Shown here piece by piece: positions 36,349 through 46,343 of a DNA stretch of 64,000 bases. A model generated the notes under the pieces. The model was not told the DNA's origin and searched no databases. It was given only the letters and a program-made list of their open reading frames with translations. A program made the position numbers and the translations under genes. Numbering within the stretch: the stretch's first letter is position 1; every line of letters begins with the position of its first letter. The DNA comes from Candidatus Melainabacteria bacterium 17Bon1m (GTDB lineage Bacteria > Cyanobacteriota > Vampirovibrionia > Obscuribacterales > Obscuribacteraceae). The stretch spans positions 992,001 to 1,056,000 of the forward strand of contig JAVLKG010000002.1 of assembly GCA_032128875.1 (NCBI GenBank), in the 5' to 3' direction.

Positions 36349-36876
36349 GTTTGCATCGGTCTTAGTATCTGTGCTCGTCACGCCTGCATTTTTTGAAAAA
36401 TGTTTTTTCAGTTTGGGAAACAATGCGAGTGCAATTGTGCCAGTAATTGGCATGATCGGAATCCACTGGCTGACAGGGGCAAAGGGGTCTAGTATGCCGG
36501 TTGTGTAGCTCAGCGCTTTGAAGTTGGTAGCAACCAATTTGCCTAACGGTGTGTAGGCGATGAGCAAACCGATGACGCCGCCGGCGGTGTAAACAAGAAT
36601 GCGAGGCCAAAACTCTTTGCCGAGCTTGCGCGTTAGTTGAAACACGTTCAAAATCGTCGCGCCCCACATCGCTCCCATAGGGACGCCAACAAAAAGCCCC
36701 CAGAAAATCCCCACCATGCCGTTGATCAAAAAACCTAACTTTTGATGGGTGATGCTCATGACGATGCCATTCACAAGAGCCGCCGCTACTAAGCTCACGC
36801 ACCCTGCAGCGGCGCCAAAAATTGCGCTCTCCAAAAGATGTTCTCTTACCTTTTCAAAGGATTGTAAGAGCGGCAT
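36334..36876 (-). CDS. hypothetical integral membrane protein (~4 TM)
   Basis: several hydrophobic segments; co-oriented downstream of the kinase. Confidence 0.65.
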   Translation of the reverse strand: MPLLQSFEKVREHLLESAIFGAAAGCVSLVAAALVNGIVMSITHQKLGFLINGMVGIFWGLFVGVPMGAMWGATILNVFQLTRKLGKEFWPRILVYTAGGVIGLLIAYTPLGKLVATNFKALSYTTGILDPFAPVSQWIPIMPITGTIALALFPKLKKHFSKNAGVTSTDTKTDANSVGN

Positions 36877-36912
36877 TTTTGATTCTCGGACCTATCTGTG
36901 GTGATTGTGTAA

Positions 36913-38253
36913 CTAGTGATTGTCTGTCGACTTGAAGATGGGAAAGCCGAAAGGCGATTTCTTTGAGTCTTCCTCAAGTGGCGCCAGCCCTTCTGGATCT
37001 GTAAGCTGCGCTTCTGAATCTTCTTGGAAGAGGACGTCTGGCTCTTTCACTTTATTTGGTTCACTTCCCGGGACGGGACTGACTTGCGGCAGTGGTATCG
37101 GTGAAACGTTGGGAGTGCCAGTTTCCGACGGTGTTGCGGCAACCTTCGGCGGCTCCTCTGTCTTTTTCTTGCTTTCGTCTTCCATATGCTGACGCAGAAT
37201 GTCGAGCTGTTTTTTTACTTGGTCTTCTCGATTGCGAGTCTCAGTCAATTGCTGTTGCAGAGAATCGACTTTCTTTGCTGTGGTGCTTGCGATTTGACCA
37301 TCCTGCTTGGGCAGCATAGCGCTGTGCCAGCCGACATACAAAATCGCAAATGCAAGAGCGACAACCGAAACCCCGATGATACCGCCCCAGAGCCAATTCC
37401 CCTGAGGCAATCCACGTTTGACTTCAGGTTGATACTCCAATTCCTCCAGCATCTCCAGAGCATTCTGAAAACGCAGCCAGGGATCTTGCGCGGTGGCACG
37501 CTGGACGATGTAGTCGATATGCTCGGAAAGGCTGTCGATATGTTTGCGCGGCGATGATGTTTGTAGAGCAAGAGGCTCTTGTCCTGTGAGCAAAAAGGAC
37601 ATGGTGGCGCCCAAAGCATAAACGTCTGAGCGAGGCTCTGCGGCACCCCAGTATTGCTCCGGAGGTGAATATCCTGCAGACACAACGTGTGTGTTGTCCG
37701 AGTCGTCTCTGTATTGGCGCGCGATTCCGAAGTCGACCAGCTTAACGCGACCAAGCGTATCGATCATGACGTTGCTCGGCTTCAAATCTCGATAGATAAC
37801 AGGAGGATCGTGCGTATGCAGATAATTCAGCACTTTGCAGATTTGCACCGACCATTCCAGAACTTGTTCTTCAGCAAAGGGCTCGCCGCGCTCGTGCAGC
37901 ATCTCGTGAAGATTCTTACCTTCTACGTACTCCATAAGAATGAAGTAGTCGTTGCCCTCTGGAAAGTGGTCTTTGATATCGACGATGTTGGGATGCTTTA
38001 GATCGCAAAGTACCTCGATTTCGCGCATGAAGAATGCCATCGCCTTTTCTCGATCTTCATCGCGGAAAAAGTCGTCGCGCAGCTTTTTAATAACGTAAGT
38101 ACGCCCGTGCAGGCGGTGATCTCGTGCCAGATACACCGTGCCCATCCCGCCTTGGCCAAGCTGGTCAATGATCTCGTAGCGCCCTTGTAAAACGAGCGCT
38201 TGCGAATTTTGATGCCCCTGATGAGGCGGTCTTTGGTAAGGCGATTCCGTCAT
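36913..38253 (-). CDS. membrane-anchored Ser/Thr protein kinase
   Basis: LGQGGMGTVY, YRDLKPSN, DFG, GYSPPEQ; TM helix, then coiled-coil and Pro-rich tail. Confidence 0.93.
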   Translation of the reverse strand: MTESPYQRPPHQGHQNSQALVLQGRYEIIDQLGQGGMGTVYLARDHRLHGRTYVIKKLRDDFFRDEDREKAMAFFMREIEVLCDLKHPNIVDIKDHFPEGNDYFILMEYVEGKNLHEMLHERGEPFAEEQVLEWSVQICKVLNYLHTHDPPVIYRDLKPSNVMIDTLGRVKLVDFGIARQYRDDSDNTHVVSAGYSPPEQYWGAAEPRSDVYALGATMSFLLTGQEPLALQTSSPRKHIDSLSEHIDYIVQRATAQDPWLRFQNALEMLEELEYQPEVKRGLPQGNWLWGGIIGVSVVALAFAILYVGWHSAMLPKQDGQIASTTAKKVDSLQQQLTETRNREDQVKKQLDILRQHMEDESKKKTEEPPKVAATPSETGTPNVSPIPLPQVSPVPGSEPNKVKEPDVLFQEDSEAQLTDPEGLAPLEEDSKKSPFGFPIFKSTDNH

Positions 38254-38483
38254 GCTTCTGAACAGTAAGCGCGTTAAATAATAGAGACTCCGGCTTTCCT
38301 AGTTCGTTCGTGTCATCGGACCCGACAGCCCTAATTAGCCAACATCAGTATAACAATAGTTAAGCCATCTGAATCGCCCATTATTTCCGAATCTTGGCAG
38401 TTGGCAAGAGAAGGCTTTTGGTAGCGGTCGGTAGTGCTCTGTCCTAATGAACGGTTCAAGCGTCCAGTTTGCAAAAGACAGGC

Positions 38484-39323
38484 TCAGTCCAGGATCGAAT
38501 GCTTTACGAGTTGCTCATTGAAAAGAGAAAGACCGGCCAGGTGCTCTTCTTCCAGGCAATAGTCAAGTTCTTCCAGGAAATATCTTTGTAAGCGCTCACG
38601 GCTTAGGGAAGTGCGCTTCTCTGCTTGCTTTAAAACCTCGCTGAAGAGAGGTCCAAGACCGAGGTCTCTTGCAGTTTGCAGTTCGCGGCTCAAATGTTCA
38701 AAAGCTTCTGTATTGCCGTCACGCCAGGTTTTTCTGGCTGCCCAGACTCCAAAAACCATTGGCACTTTGAAATTGGTCGACCACCATTGACCGAGGTCGA
38801 TGCGCTCAGCGTTTTTCGACCACTCGGCATCGACAGTCAAAGCCCGATCGCCAATGACAAGCGCGGCGTCGTATGTTTTTTCCTTGAAGTCCGGCTTAGC
38901 GCTCGTAAAAATTTCAGCTTTCACCGAGTGAACAATTGCCAGGTAAAGTTTCAACAGAGCAACAGAAGTAGCAGAGGAAGCCGGCACCACTATGCGGCAT
39001 CCAGTTTCGATCTGGTCTTTTGCAAAGAAAAGAACCGAGCCGACTTCCGCCTTTGTCGAAATCGAAAGACCAGGCAACAGGACCAGATCATCAATGTTTG
39101 AAAGGTAGTAAAAAGAGCTCATCGCTCCCAGGTCCAGTGCTCCGCTTGAATAACCAGCGTTGAGGTTGGCAGGAGTGTCTTCGGTAATGTCAGCGTCGAT
39201 TTGCACTTGCCCGGATGTCAAAGGAAGGAGCACCGGCAAGCAATTAACGAAGTTGATTTGTCCGAGGCGCGGGCGAATCTCTTTGATTTCGTTTTTGTTT
39301 TCGGGCTGACTAAGTAGCGGCAA
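38484..39323 (-). CDS. mqnA: chorismate dehydratase (futalosine menaquinone pathway)
   Basis: RLGQINFVNCLP, VGSV, SATSVALL, LVIGDRAL, DLGQWW...PMVFGVW. Confidence 0.85.
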   Translation of the reverse strand: MPLLSQPENKNEIKEIRPRLGQINFVNCLPVLLPLTSGQVQIDADITEDTPANLNAGYSSGALDLGAMSSFYYLSNIDDLVLLPGLSISTKAEVGSVLFFAKDQIETGCRIVVPASSATSVALLKLYLAIVHSVKAEIFTSAKPDFKEKTYDAALVIGDRALTVDAEWSKNAERIDLGQWWSTNFKVPMVFGVWAARKTWRDGNTEAFEHLSRELQTARDLGLGPLFSEVLKQAEKRTSLSRERLQRYFLEELDYCLEEEHLAGLSLFNEQLVKHSILD

Positions 39324-39452
39324 ACCAAGGACCTCCAGCGGGCGGACAAAAGCATAGCAAAAGCCGCGCCTGAGATACCCGGCTTACCGTCTAACCTGGC
39401 TAATCTGTAAAAGAATGAGATTCTCGCCGGACAAAATAGTGTCGTAAAAAGC

Positions 39453-39546
39453 AAAAAACTCGCGCCGAACGCGAGCGAAATACGCACAAGAAGAAGATGG
39501 GACCCGGCCGTGAGTAAATATTGTTTTTCATAGGCCGGGGTCCCTA
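39453..39546 (-). ncRNA. candidate ~95-nt small RNA (or attenuating leader of mqnA)
   Basis: minus strand: TTGACG..CATAAT promoter, GGGACCCCGGCC/GGCCGGGTCCC hairpin, then CTCGCG-ttcgg-CGCGAG-TTTTTT terminator. Confidence 0.45.
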
Positions 39547-39682
39547 TGACCATTATGCAGAAGATTTGCGGGTCGTCAAGAGGTGTGGCAAAATTTCTTG
39601 CTTGTGAATTTCGCAGGACAAATTTACAAGGCAGGGAAAGAAGGCACGTTCCCGCTACAATTCAAATCCGTCTTGTAGGAGA

Positions 39683-40999
39683 GTGCTCGTGAGAATGGTC
39701 GATGTAATCCTGGCGAAACGCTCAGGAAAAGAACATACAAAACAAGAAATCGACTTTATCCTGAACGGGATTATGACCGGCTCCATCCCGGACTATCAGC
39801 TTTCCGCATGGCTAATGGCCGTGTGTTGGCAGGGCATGACGCTCGAGGAAACGGCACATCTCACCGACGGCATGTGCAAATCAGGTGAAGTTCTCGACCT
39901 TTCATCAATCGGTCCTCTGGTGGCAGACAAGCATTCCACCGGCGGAGTGGGCGATAAAACCACTCTGGTTTTCGTCCCTCTTATGGCCGCAGCCGGACTG
40001 CCAATGGCTAAGTTGTCCGGTCGAGGCCTCGGACACACTGGTGGCACCATCGATAAATTGGAAGCAATACCAGGATTCAAAACAGACATTTCAATCGAAC
40101 ATTTCATCCAGCAGGTAAAAGACATCGGCATGGCAATTGCCGGTCAGACCCAAGAATTGGCGCCGGCTGACGGAAAGATTTATGCGTTGCGCGATGTGAC
40201 CGGCACGGTCGAGTCCGTACCGCTGATTGCCGCATCTATTGTTTCCAAAAAAGCCGCAGCAGGCACCAACCTCATCATCCTTGATGTGAAGTGTGGCCGT
40301 GGTGCCTTTATGGAAACCGAGGAGCAGGCACAAAATCTGGCACGCGTTATGGTCGAAGTCGGTAAGCTCATCAAACGCCCAATTACTGCTGTCGTGACAA
40401 ATATGGAGCAGCCGTTGGGAATGGCGGTGGGTCACACACTTGAAGTTATTGAGGCTGTTGCGACCTTGCAAGGTAAAGGACCTGGGGACTTGCATGAGCT
40501 CACGCTTGCACTCGGCTCTCTGGCGCTTGTAAAAGCAGGCAAAGCAAAAGACGAGGAAGCTGCCCGCCGCAAGTTGATTCAACTCATGGAAAGCGGCGCG
40601 GCACTTGATCACTTTAGAAAGTTGATTGTCGCGCAGGGTGGCAACCCCGAGATAATTGAAAAGCCTGAGCTGATGCCTACTGCAAAACACGAGTTCGATC
40701 TTTTACTGCCCGGCACCGGACAGAAATGGATCAAGCATATCGATGGAAGAAAGGTCGCCGAAGCCTGCAAAATTTTGGGCGCCGGCCGCACCAAGAAAGG
40801 CGATCCCATTAACCTCGCTGTCGGTGTAGTGTTGACCGGTAAAGTCGGCTCTGTAATCAGAGGCGGCGATGCGTTAGCCACTGTGTACGCCGACTCGGAA
40901 GGCGAATATGATGCTGCTCTGCCGCTATTGAATGAGGCATTTACCTTCAGCGATTCGCCTGTGGCAATGGAGCAAATCATCAAAGCAAGTGTTGCCTAG
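39683..40999 (+). CDS. pdp: pyrimidine-nucleoside/thymidine phosphorylase
   Basis: PDYQLSAWLMA, DKHSTGGVGDK, KLSGRGLGHTGGTIDKLE, YALRDVT. Confidence 0.95.
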   Translation: MLVRMVDVILAKRSGKEHTKQEIDFILNGIMTGSIPDYQLSAWLMAVCWQGMTLEETAHLTDGMCKSGEVLDLSSIGPLVADKHSTGGVGDKTTLVFVPLMAAAGLPMAKLSGRGLGHTGGTIDKLEAIPGFKTDISIEHFIQQVKDIGMAIAGQTQELAPADGKIYALRDVTGTVESVPLIAASIVSKKAAAGTNLIILDVKCGRGAFMETEEQAQNLARVMVEVGKLIKRPITAVVTNMEQPLGMAVGHTLEVIEAVATLQGKGPGDLHELTLALGSLALVKAGKAKDEEAARRKLIQLMESGAALDHFRKLIVAQGGNPEIIEKPELMPTAKHEFDLLLPGTGQKWIKHIDGRKVAEACKILGAGRTKKGDPINLAVGVVLTGKVGSVIRGGDALATVYADSEGEYDAALPLLNEAFTFSDSPVAMEQIIKASVA

Positions 41000-41022
41000 A
41001 CTACTGACGTCGCTTGAAGACC

Positions 41023-41793
41023 ATGAAAGACACCTGGCGATTAATTGATTACGAAAGCTTCGATGCTGCCACCAACATGGCGTTGGACGAAGCCATTCTC
41101 GAGGCGCATATTGCAGGAGCGGTGCCTCCTACTCTGCGGTTTTACGGGTGGGCACCACCTGCAGTGTCAATTGGCTACGGACAGAAATTGCCGGAAAAGG
41201 CGCGGGAGAAAATTGTCGCACGAGGATTCGATGTTGTCAGACGACCCACCGGTGGACGTGCCGTTCTTCATCTTGATGAACTCACATATTCATTCGTCGG
41301 GTCTGGAAAGACTTTAGGCTCGAGCGTAATCGAATCCTATAAAAAAATATGTCAGGCTTTGATTCTTGGTTTTAAAAATTTAGGCGTCGATGTGGAAATT
41401 GGCAAAGGTCAGACCGCTGACAGCCAAATGCACGATTGCTTTACGGCGACTACGACCGCCGATTTGCAATACAAAGGCAAGAAGATAGTCGGCAGTGCGC
41501 AACTGCGGCGCCATGATGCTCTCTTACAGCATGGCTCGATTCTTTTGTGTCAGGAGCAAAATTTGATGGGCGAGCTTTTGCTTAGCCGGGAAAGAAGTTT
41601 TTCCGAGGAAAAGCAGAGGCACGCCAATTTGTTTGAGATTACCGGCAGTGTCGTATCTGCGTTGGAATTAATTCCGGCGTTCAAAGACGGTTTTGAGAAA
41701 ACTTTCTCAATTGCGCTAGAGCCGGGCAATTTGACCGCGCTTGAGTGGCAAAAGGTCGAGGAGCTGAGAGCTAAAGAAGGGCTGCTCGTTTAA
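41023..41793 (+). CDS. lipoate-protein ligase A family / LipM-like octanoyltransferase
   Basis: NMALDEA, VRRPTGGRAVLH, KIVGSAQ, LQHGSI. Confidence 0.88.
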   Translation: MKDTWRLIDYESFDAATNMALDEAILEAHIAGAVPPTLRFYGWAPPAVSIGYGQKLPEKAREKIVARGFDVVRRPTGGRAVLHLDELTYSFVGSGKTLGSSVIESYKKICQALILGFKNLGVDVEIGKGQTADSQMHDCFTATTTADLQYKGKKIVGSAQLRRHDALLQHGSILLCQEQNLMGELLLSRERSFSEEKQRHANLFEITGSVVSALELIPAFKDGFEKTFSIALEPGNLTALEWQKVEELRAKEGLLV

Positions 41794-41800
41794 AGAAAAA

Positions 41801-41826
41801 TGCCGGCTGACCGCAATCAACCGGCA
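41801..41826. terminator. terminator hairpin between convergent genes
   Basis: TGCCGG...CCGGCA stem with an A-tract on the left (T-tract on the minus strand). Confidence 0.55.
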
Positions 41827-41846
41827 CTCTTCATGGCGTAAAACTA

Positions 41847-42491
41847 TTATTTGAGAATTCTCTTCAGGGACGCATCAACTGCCACTTGCGGCGGTTCCAC
41901 GTTCCTCTTCAAGTCGCGGAAAATGTTTTCTGCTGTGTCTTTGAGCGTCTTGTGCACAAACATCTTTGGCGTAAAAAAGCCGGGATCGACATGTTTGGCA
42001 TAGGTCACCAATGTGGATCTCCCGCCATCAACTGCTGCAAGGTCCCAATATCCTTCATTGGCTTTGAAAGACCCCTGTACTCGAGTCCATTCGATGCGAT
42101 TCGGTTTGCTTTGATCGATGGCTAGAACATAATCAAGCTTTACCAGCCCAGCTGCTTTTGCATTAAATCTTACGTGTTTGACACCATTCTTCTCGCTCAG
42201 AACTTCGCAAGCTGTCAGGTTTGAGAAATACCGGACGGCATTCGGATAGTCGGTGACTACGTCGAAAACTTTCTGAGGGGGAGCATGAACAACTGTTTTA
42301 CTGATAATGAAGTCTTTTTTGCCGATTTCCTGCTCCTGGTGCACAACTCCAGTGAGCGGAACAGCCATTGCGACTGCTTTTGAATCCACTTGAGCTTCGG
42401 CAAACGAGGGAACATTTAGGCTGGAAGACAGCAGCAAGGCCACCACGGCTGCACCAATAGCGGTGCTCCGCGTCCACAGGGTAGGGCGCAT
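41847..42491 (-). CDS. secreted SRPBCC/START (polyketide cyclase-like) domain protein
   Basis: signal peptide; VHAPPQKVFDVVTDY...GSFKANEGYWDL. Confidence 0.8.
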   Translation of the reverse strand: MRPTLWTRSTAIGAAVVALLLSSSLNVPSFAEAQVDSKAVAMAVPLTGVVHQEQEIGKKDFIISKTVVHAPPQKVFDVVTDYPNAVRYFSNLTACEVLSEKNGVKHVRFNAKAAGLVKLDYVLAIDQSKPNRIEWTRVQGSFKANEGYWDLAAVDGGRSTLVTYAKHVDPGFFTPKMFVHKTLKDTAENIFRDLKRNVEPPQVAVDASLKRILK

Positions 42492-42916
42492 ATCAGATAC
42501 CTATTTCATGAGACGACGCAACAGACAGTTAACAGCAATGCAGCCATGCCCCTGGCTCGCTGCCTATGCGATCAAACGACGCCCCCTTGGTTGCAAAGTT
42601 CCCAAGAATCAAGAAAGATAGCTTTCATCGGCAATGAGCAAAAATGTTAGTTGCCTCGTCCTAATCTACTAAGAGCTATGGAAGAACTCTCGGCAACATT
42701 TATGGACCCAACTAGTCCAATAAATGTGGGCAAGAAACCTTGAAAACCCGCGCCCGCTTAAAATTCTTAAAAATCACCCGACTTTTGGACTTTGCTGGCA
42801 GGACAAGTCAATGAAATAGTTCGTCACGACCGCTGGGATAAGCGTTTCCTCAATTGTATAATCTTCATTAACGCCGCAAAGCCGTAACGGCGCATCTTTT
42901 TTATAGGAAGCTTTTG

Positions 42917-45247
42917 ATGCCCCAGCCCATTGAGGCTAGACTCTTTGAAATTCTCAGCCGTCAAGCTCGGCCGCAGGAAGAGCTCGACTATGTTCGCAAG
43001 GCTTATGAATTCGCCTTCAAGAGTCACGATGGACAGGTTCGAAAGTCGGAAGAGCCATACATAATTCACCCTGTAGAAGTCGCCTGCCTGCTTTCAGAGC
43101 TCAACTGCGACTATCAGACCATAGCCGCTGGTCTTCTTCATGATGTCCTTGAGGACTGCGATGTTAAGCCTAAGGAGATGGAAGAGAAGTTCGGCAAACC
43201 AGTCCTCAAGATTGTCGAGGGTGTCACAAAGCTAGGTAAGTTCAGCTTTAGCTCTAAGGAAGAACGGCAAGCCGAAAATTTCCGCAAGCTTATTGTTGCT
43301 ATTTCAGAAGATATTCGAGTCGTTCTTGTGAAACTGGCAGACCGTCTGCACAATATGCGGACGATGGAGTACATGTTGCCGCGCAAGCAATGTGAAATTG
43401 CCAAGGAAACTCTCGAGATTTATGCGCCCCTGGCTAACCGTTTCGGTTTGGGACGCATGAAGTGGGAACTCGAGGACCTCGGTCTCAAATACCTTCACCC
43501 TGAAGAATTCACTGAGATTGAAAGACTGGTAGCTGATACGCACTCTGAAAGGGATTACTTGATTGAGCAAGTAGTCGAGAAAATGCGCAGCGAGTTGGAT
43601 AACCGCGGCATTGAAGCGGAGATAGTGGGGCGTCCCAAGCACTTCTTCGGCATCTGGAAAAAGATGAAGAAGCAGCAGAAGACTTTCGAAGAACTCTATG
43701 ACGTTCTGGCCATCAGAGTAATCATCGATAGCAATCAGGACAAAAATTACTGCGAACTGAACGCAGACCCAGACACTCAAAAATGCTACGAAGTTATGGG
43801 ACTGGTACACGCGCTGTTCAAGCCGATTCCAGGCCGCTTCAAAGATTACATAGCCATGCCGAAGGCAAATAACTACCAGTCGTTGCACACGGCTGTGGTT
43901 GGACCAAAAGGCAAGCCTGTTGAAATTCAAATCCGTACGCGCAGAATGCATCACGTTGCCGAGTATGGTATCGCGGCTCACTGGGCATACAAAGAAGCTG
44001 GAGATTCTGTCGTCGCTGACAGCCAGGATGATCAAAAGCTCGCATGGTTGAGACAGTTAGTCGACTGGCAACAAGATCTTGCCGATGCGCAAGAGTATCT
44101 TGATACGGTGAAAATGGACCTTTTCGCCGACGAGGTATTTGTATTCAGTCCGCGTGGTGATGTCTATGATTTACCGAAAGGCTCCACACCAATCGATTTC
44201 GCTTATCGTGTACACACAGATGTAGGTCATAAGTGCATTGGTGCCCGTATCAATGACCGGATAGTGCCTCTGAATACTGCGATGAAAAACGGCGATATTG
44301 TCGAAATCATCACCAGTAAAAACGCGCACCCGACCATGGACTGGCTTAACTTCGCCAAGACCCACAGCGCTAAGAGCCGAATTCGACAGTGGTTCAAGAA
44401 GCACCATCGCGAGGAGCATATCCAACAGGGCCGTCAAATGTTGGAAGAAGAACTCGGCAAAGGTGCGCTCGACGAATTTCTCAAATCGGACAAGGTCAAG
44501 GAAGTCGGAAAACGGCTTAACATCTCTGATCCTGACGACATTTTGGCAGCTGTCGGTTATGGTGATCTGTCCGTCGTGCAAGTTGCAAATCGAGTTCGTG
44601 AAAAAGACGCCAAGGATGCAGTCGATAAGACACTCGAAAAAATCTCGATCGGTGGTCAACCCGCCAAGCAAAGCTCGATCGGCAGCCTGGGCGGTTTGCT
44701 GCACCACCTGGCAAAATGCTGCCAGCCTGTTCCGGGCGAAGAGATCATCGGTATTGTCACCAGAGGCAGTGGCATCGCCGTGCACAAAGCAGACTGCAAC
44801 AACTTACAGAAGGTTGATGTCGAACGCTGTATGGCTGTAGATTGGTCGCCTGAAAGACACACCACCTATCCTGCCGCGTTGACAATCGAATGCCTCGATC
44901 GCATCGGTATTGCGCACGACATTCTCAAAAAAGTTTCCAACTTCGAAGTCAACTTGCGCGATCTGAAAGTCGAAACGCAACGAGATAAAAAAACCGCCAC
45001 TATTCATTTGATTATGGAAGTTCTCGATATCGAGCAGTTGACGCGGGTTGCGCAGTCGATCAGCCAAATCAGCGATGTCCTTCGTGTACAAAGAAAGGAT
45101 CACAGACGCCGAGGCGGCAATGGCAACGGCAATGGCGCAAACTCACAAGCTGCTAAAACAAGTAATGTGACACCGCTCAATTCTGCTAAAAAAAAACGGA
45201 CAGATGAAGGCAAAGGTCAGCGGAAGGGTCAGAAAAAAGCAGAATGA
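42917..45247 (+). CDS. relA: bifunctional (p)ppGpp synthetase/hydrolase
   Basis: HD domain (LLHDVLED), KLADRLHNMRT, RFKDYIA, YQSLHT, EIQIRT, TGS and ACT domains. Confidence 0.96.
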   Translation: MPQPIEARLFEILSRQARPQEELDYVRKAYEFAFKSHDGQVRKSEEPYIIHPVEVACLLSELNCDYQTIAAGLLHDVLEDCDVKPKEMEEKFGKPVLKIVEGVTKLGKFSFSSKEERQAENFRKLIVAISEDIRVVLVKLADRLHNMRTMEYMLPRKQCEIAKETLEIYAPLANRFGLGRMKWELEDLGLKYLHPEEFTEIERLVADTHSERDYLIEQVVEKMRSELDNRGIEAEIVGRPKHFFGIWKKMKKQQKTFEELYDVLAIRVIIDSNQDKNYCELNADPDTQKCYEVMGLVHALFKPIPGRFKDYIAMPKANNYQSLHTAVVGPKGKPVEIQIRTRRMHHVAEYGIAAHWAYKEAGDSVVADSQDDQKLAWLRQLVDWQQDLADAQEYLDTVKMDLFADEVFVFSPRGDVYDLPKGSTPIDFAYRVHTDVGHKCIGARINDRIVPLNTAMKNGDIVEIITSKNAHPTMDWLNFAKTHSAKSRIRQWFKKHHREEHIQQGRQMLEEELGKGALDEFLKSDKVKEVGKRLNISDPDDILAAVGYGDLSVVQVANRVREKDAKDAVDKTLEKISIGGQPAKQSSIGSLGGLLHHLAKCCQPVPGEEIIGIVTRGSGIAVHKADCNNLQKVDVERCMAVDWSPERHTTYPAALTIECLDRIGIAHDILKKVSNFEVNLRDLKVETQRDKKTATIHLIMEVLDIEQLTRVAQSISQISDVLRVQRKDHRRRGGNGNGNGANSQAAKTSNVTPLNSAKKKRTDEGKGQRKGQKKAE

Positions 45248-45831
45248 AGGTCATTCTAGCCACCCATAATCCGGGCAAGATTCGAGAGTTCTCGCAAATG
45301 GCCGAGCCTTATGGCATCGAGCTTTTGCCTATGCCTGATGATTTAGATCCGGAAGAAACCGGTTCGACTTTTCTCGAGAATGCACTTATAAAGGCTCATG
45401 CGGCCGCCAAGGTCACGAACATGCCTGCCGTAGCAGATGACTCGGGGCTGGAGATCGAAGCCTTAGATGGGCGTCCTGGAATACGTTCGGCGCGTTATTG
45501 CGAAGGAACCGACAAAGACAGAAGAGAAAAGATTCTCGAGGAAATGGCCGGCATACCTGAAGGGAAGCGACAAGCGGCATTCGTTTGCGCAATGGCTCTT
45601 TGTTTGCCGGATGGCACTGTTCTCAAAACTACTGAGGAGCGTTGGCACGGCAGTATTGGATTTGCCTCGCGCGGTGAAAACGGATTTGGCTATGACCCGA
45701 TTTTTGAACTAGATGGTAGAAATCAAACCTCAGCAATGATTACAAATGAAGAGAAAAACACACTTTCTCATCGTGGTCAGGCTTGGCGCAAAATGGTTGA
45801 TTTCATCGGGTCTGCGGACATGAAAGTCTGA
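45244..45831 (+). CDS. rdgB: non-canonical purine NTP pyrophosphatase (dITP/XTP)
   Basis: ATHNPGK, ADDSGL, PGIRSAR, GFGYDPIF, KNTLSHRGQA. Confidence 0.95.
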   Translation: MKVILATHNPGKIREFSQMAEPYGIELLPMPDDLDPEETGSTFLENALIKAHAAAKVTNMPAVADDSGLEIEALDGRPGIRSARYCEGTDKDRREKILEEMAGIPEGKRQAAFVCAMALCLPDGTVLKTTEERWHGSIGFASRGENGFGYDPIFELDGRNQTSAMITNEEKNTLSHRGQAWRKMVDFIGSADMKV

Positions 45832-45915
45832 AAACCGGCTTGTCAAGCACATTCAAACTTTCCAAGGTGGGAATTTCAGCATAGGCCTGGCAGTTTCCAA
45901 GAATTAGGCTCTTAA

Positions 45916-46272
45916 TTGTGGATGCACTCGCATTCCACAACCCAATCCCTTTCGGAGTTTTTCTGCGTGACCGAGCCGTTTTCTCCTAACGCATTGCCGT
46001 CCTCGACAAATGCCGCTGCAGTTGCTGCCGGCGTGTCGCCATCTGGTTCAAATTCGATCTCACTGTCACCGGTGGGAGAGCAAATTTCCTTTCAACCGGG
46101 TGAACGGTTCGAGCCGACTGATGTACAGCAAGTACAGACACACAACGACTGGCAGCCTAATGAGGAAGATTTGATTCCAAGCTTTGGCGTCGAACGCGCC
46201 CGTGAATTGCTCATGTGGCTCATCAATTTGGAACTTCGTTTGCCTCCATACAGTGAAGTTTCGCCGGCCTGA
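45916..46272 (+). CDS. hypothetical protein
   Basis: ORF fills the gap between rdgB and the cdd-like gene; no recognisable motif; start uncertain. Confidence 0.35.
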   Translation: MWMHSHSTTQSLSEFFCVTEPFSPNALPSSTNAAAVAAGVSPSGSNSISLSPVGEQISFQPGERFEPTDVQQVQTHNDWQPNEEDLIPSFGVERARELLMWLINLELRLPPYSEVSPA

Positions 46273-46343
46273 CTTCCGGGACGGATTTCATCTTCCACTT
46301 ATGGTATGTTTCTTCCTGTTTTATACTGCAGGGAGTCACTGAT

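Noticed and set aside
36334-36876. Exporter or immunity protein for the RiPP
   Set aside because: It is convergent with the rSAM gene and co-oriented with the upstream kinase, has no transporter motifs, and nothing links it beyond adjacency.
43304-44785. Long antisense ORFs (243 aa and 204 aa) inside relA, and similar shadow ORFs elsewhere
   Set aside because: They lie fully opposite well-supported genes and have no protein motifs, as expected from codon bias.
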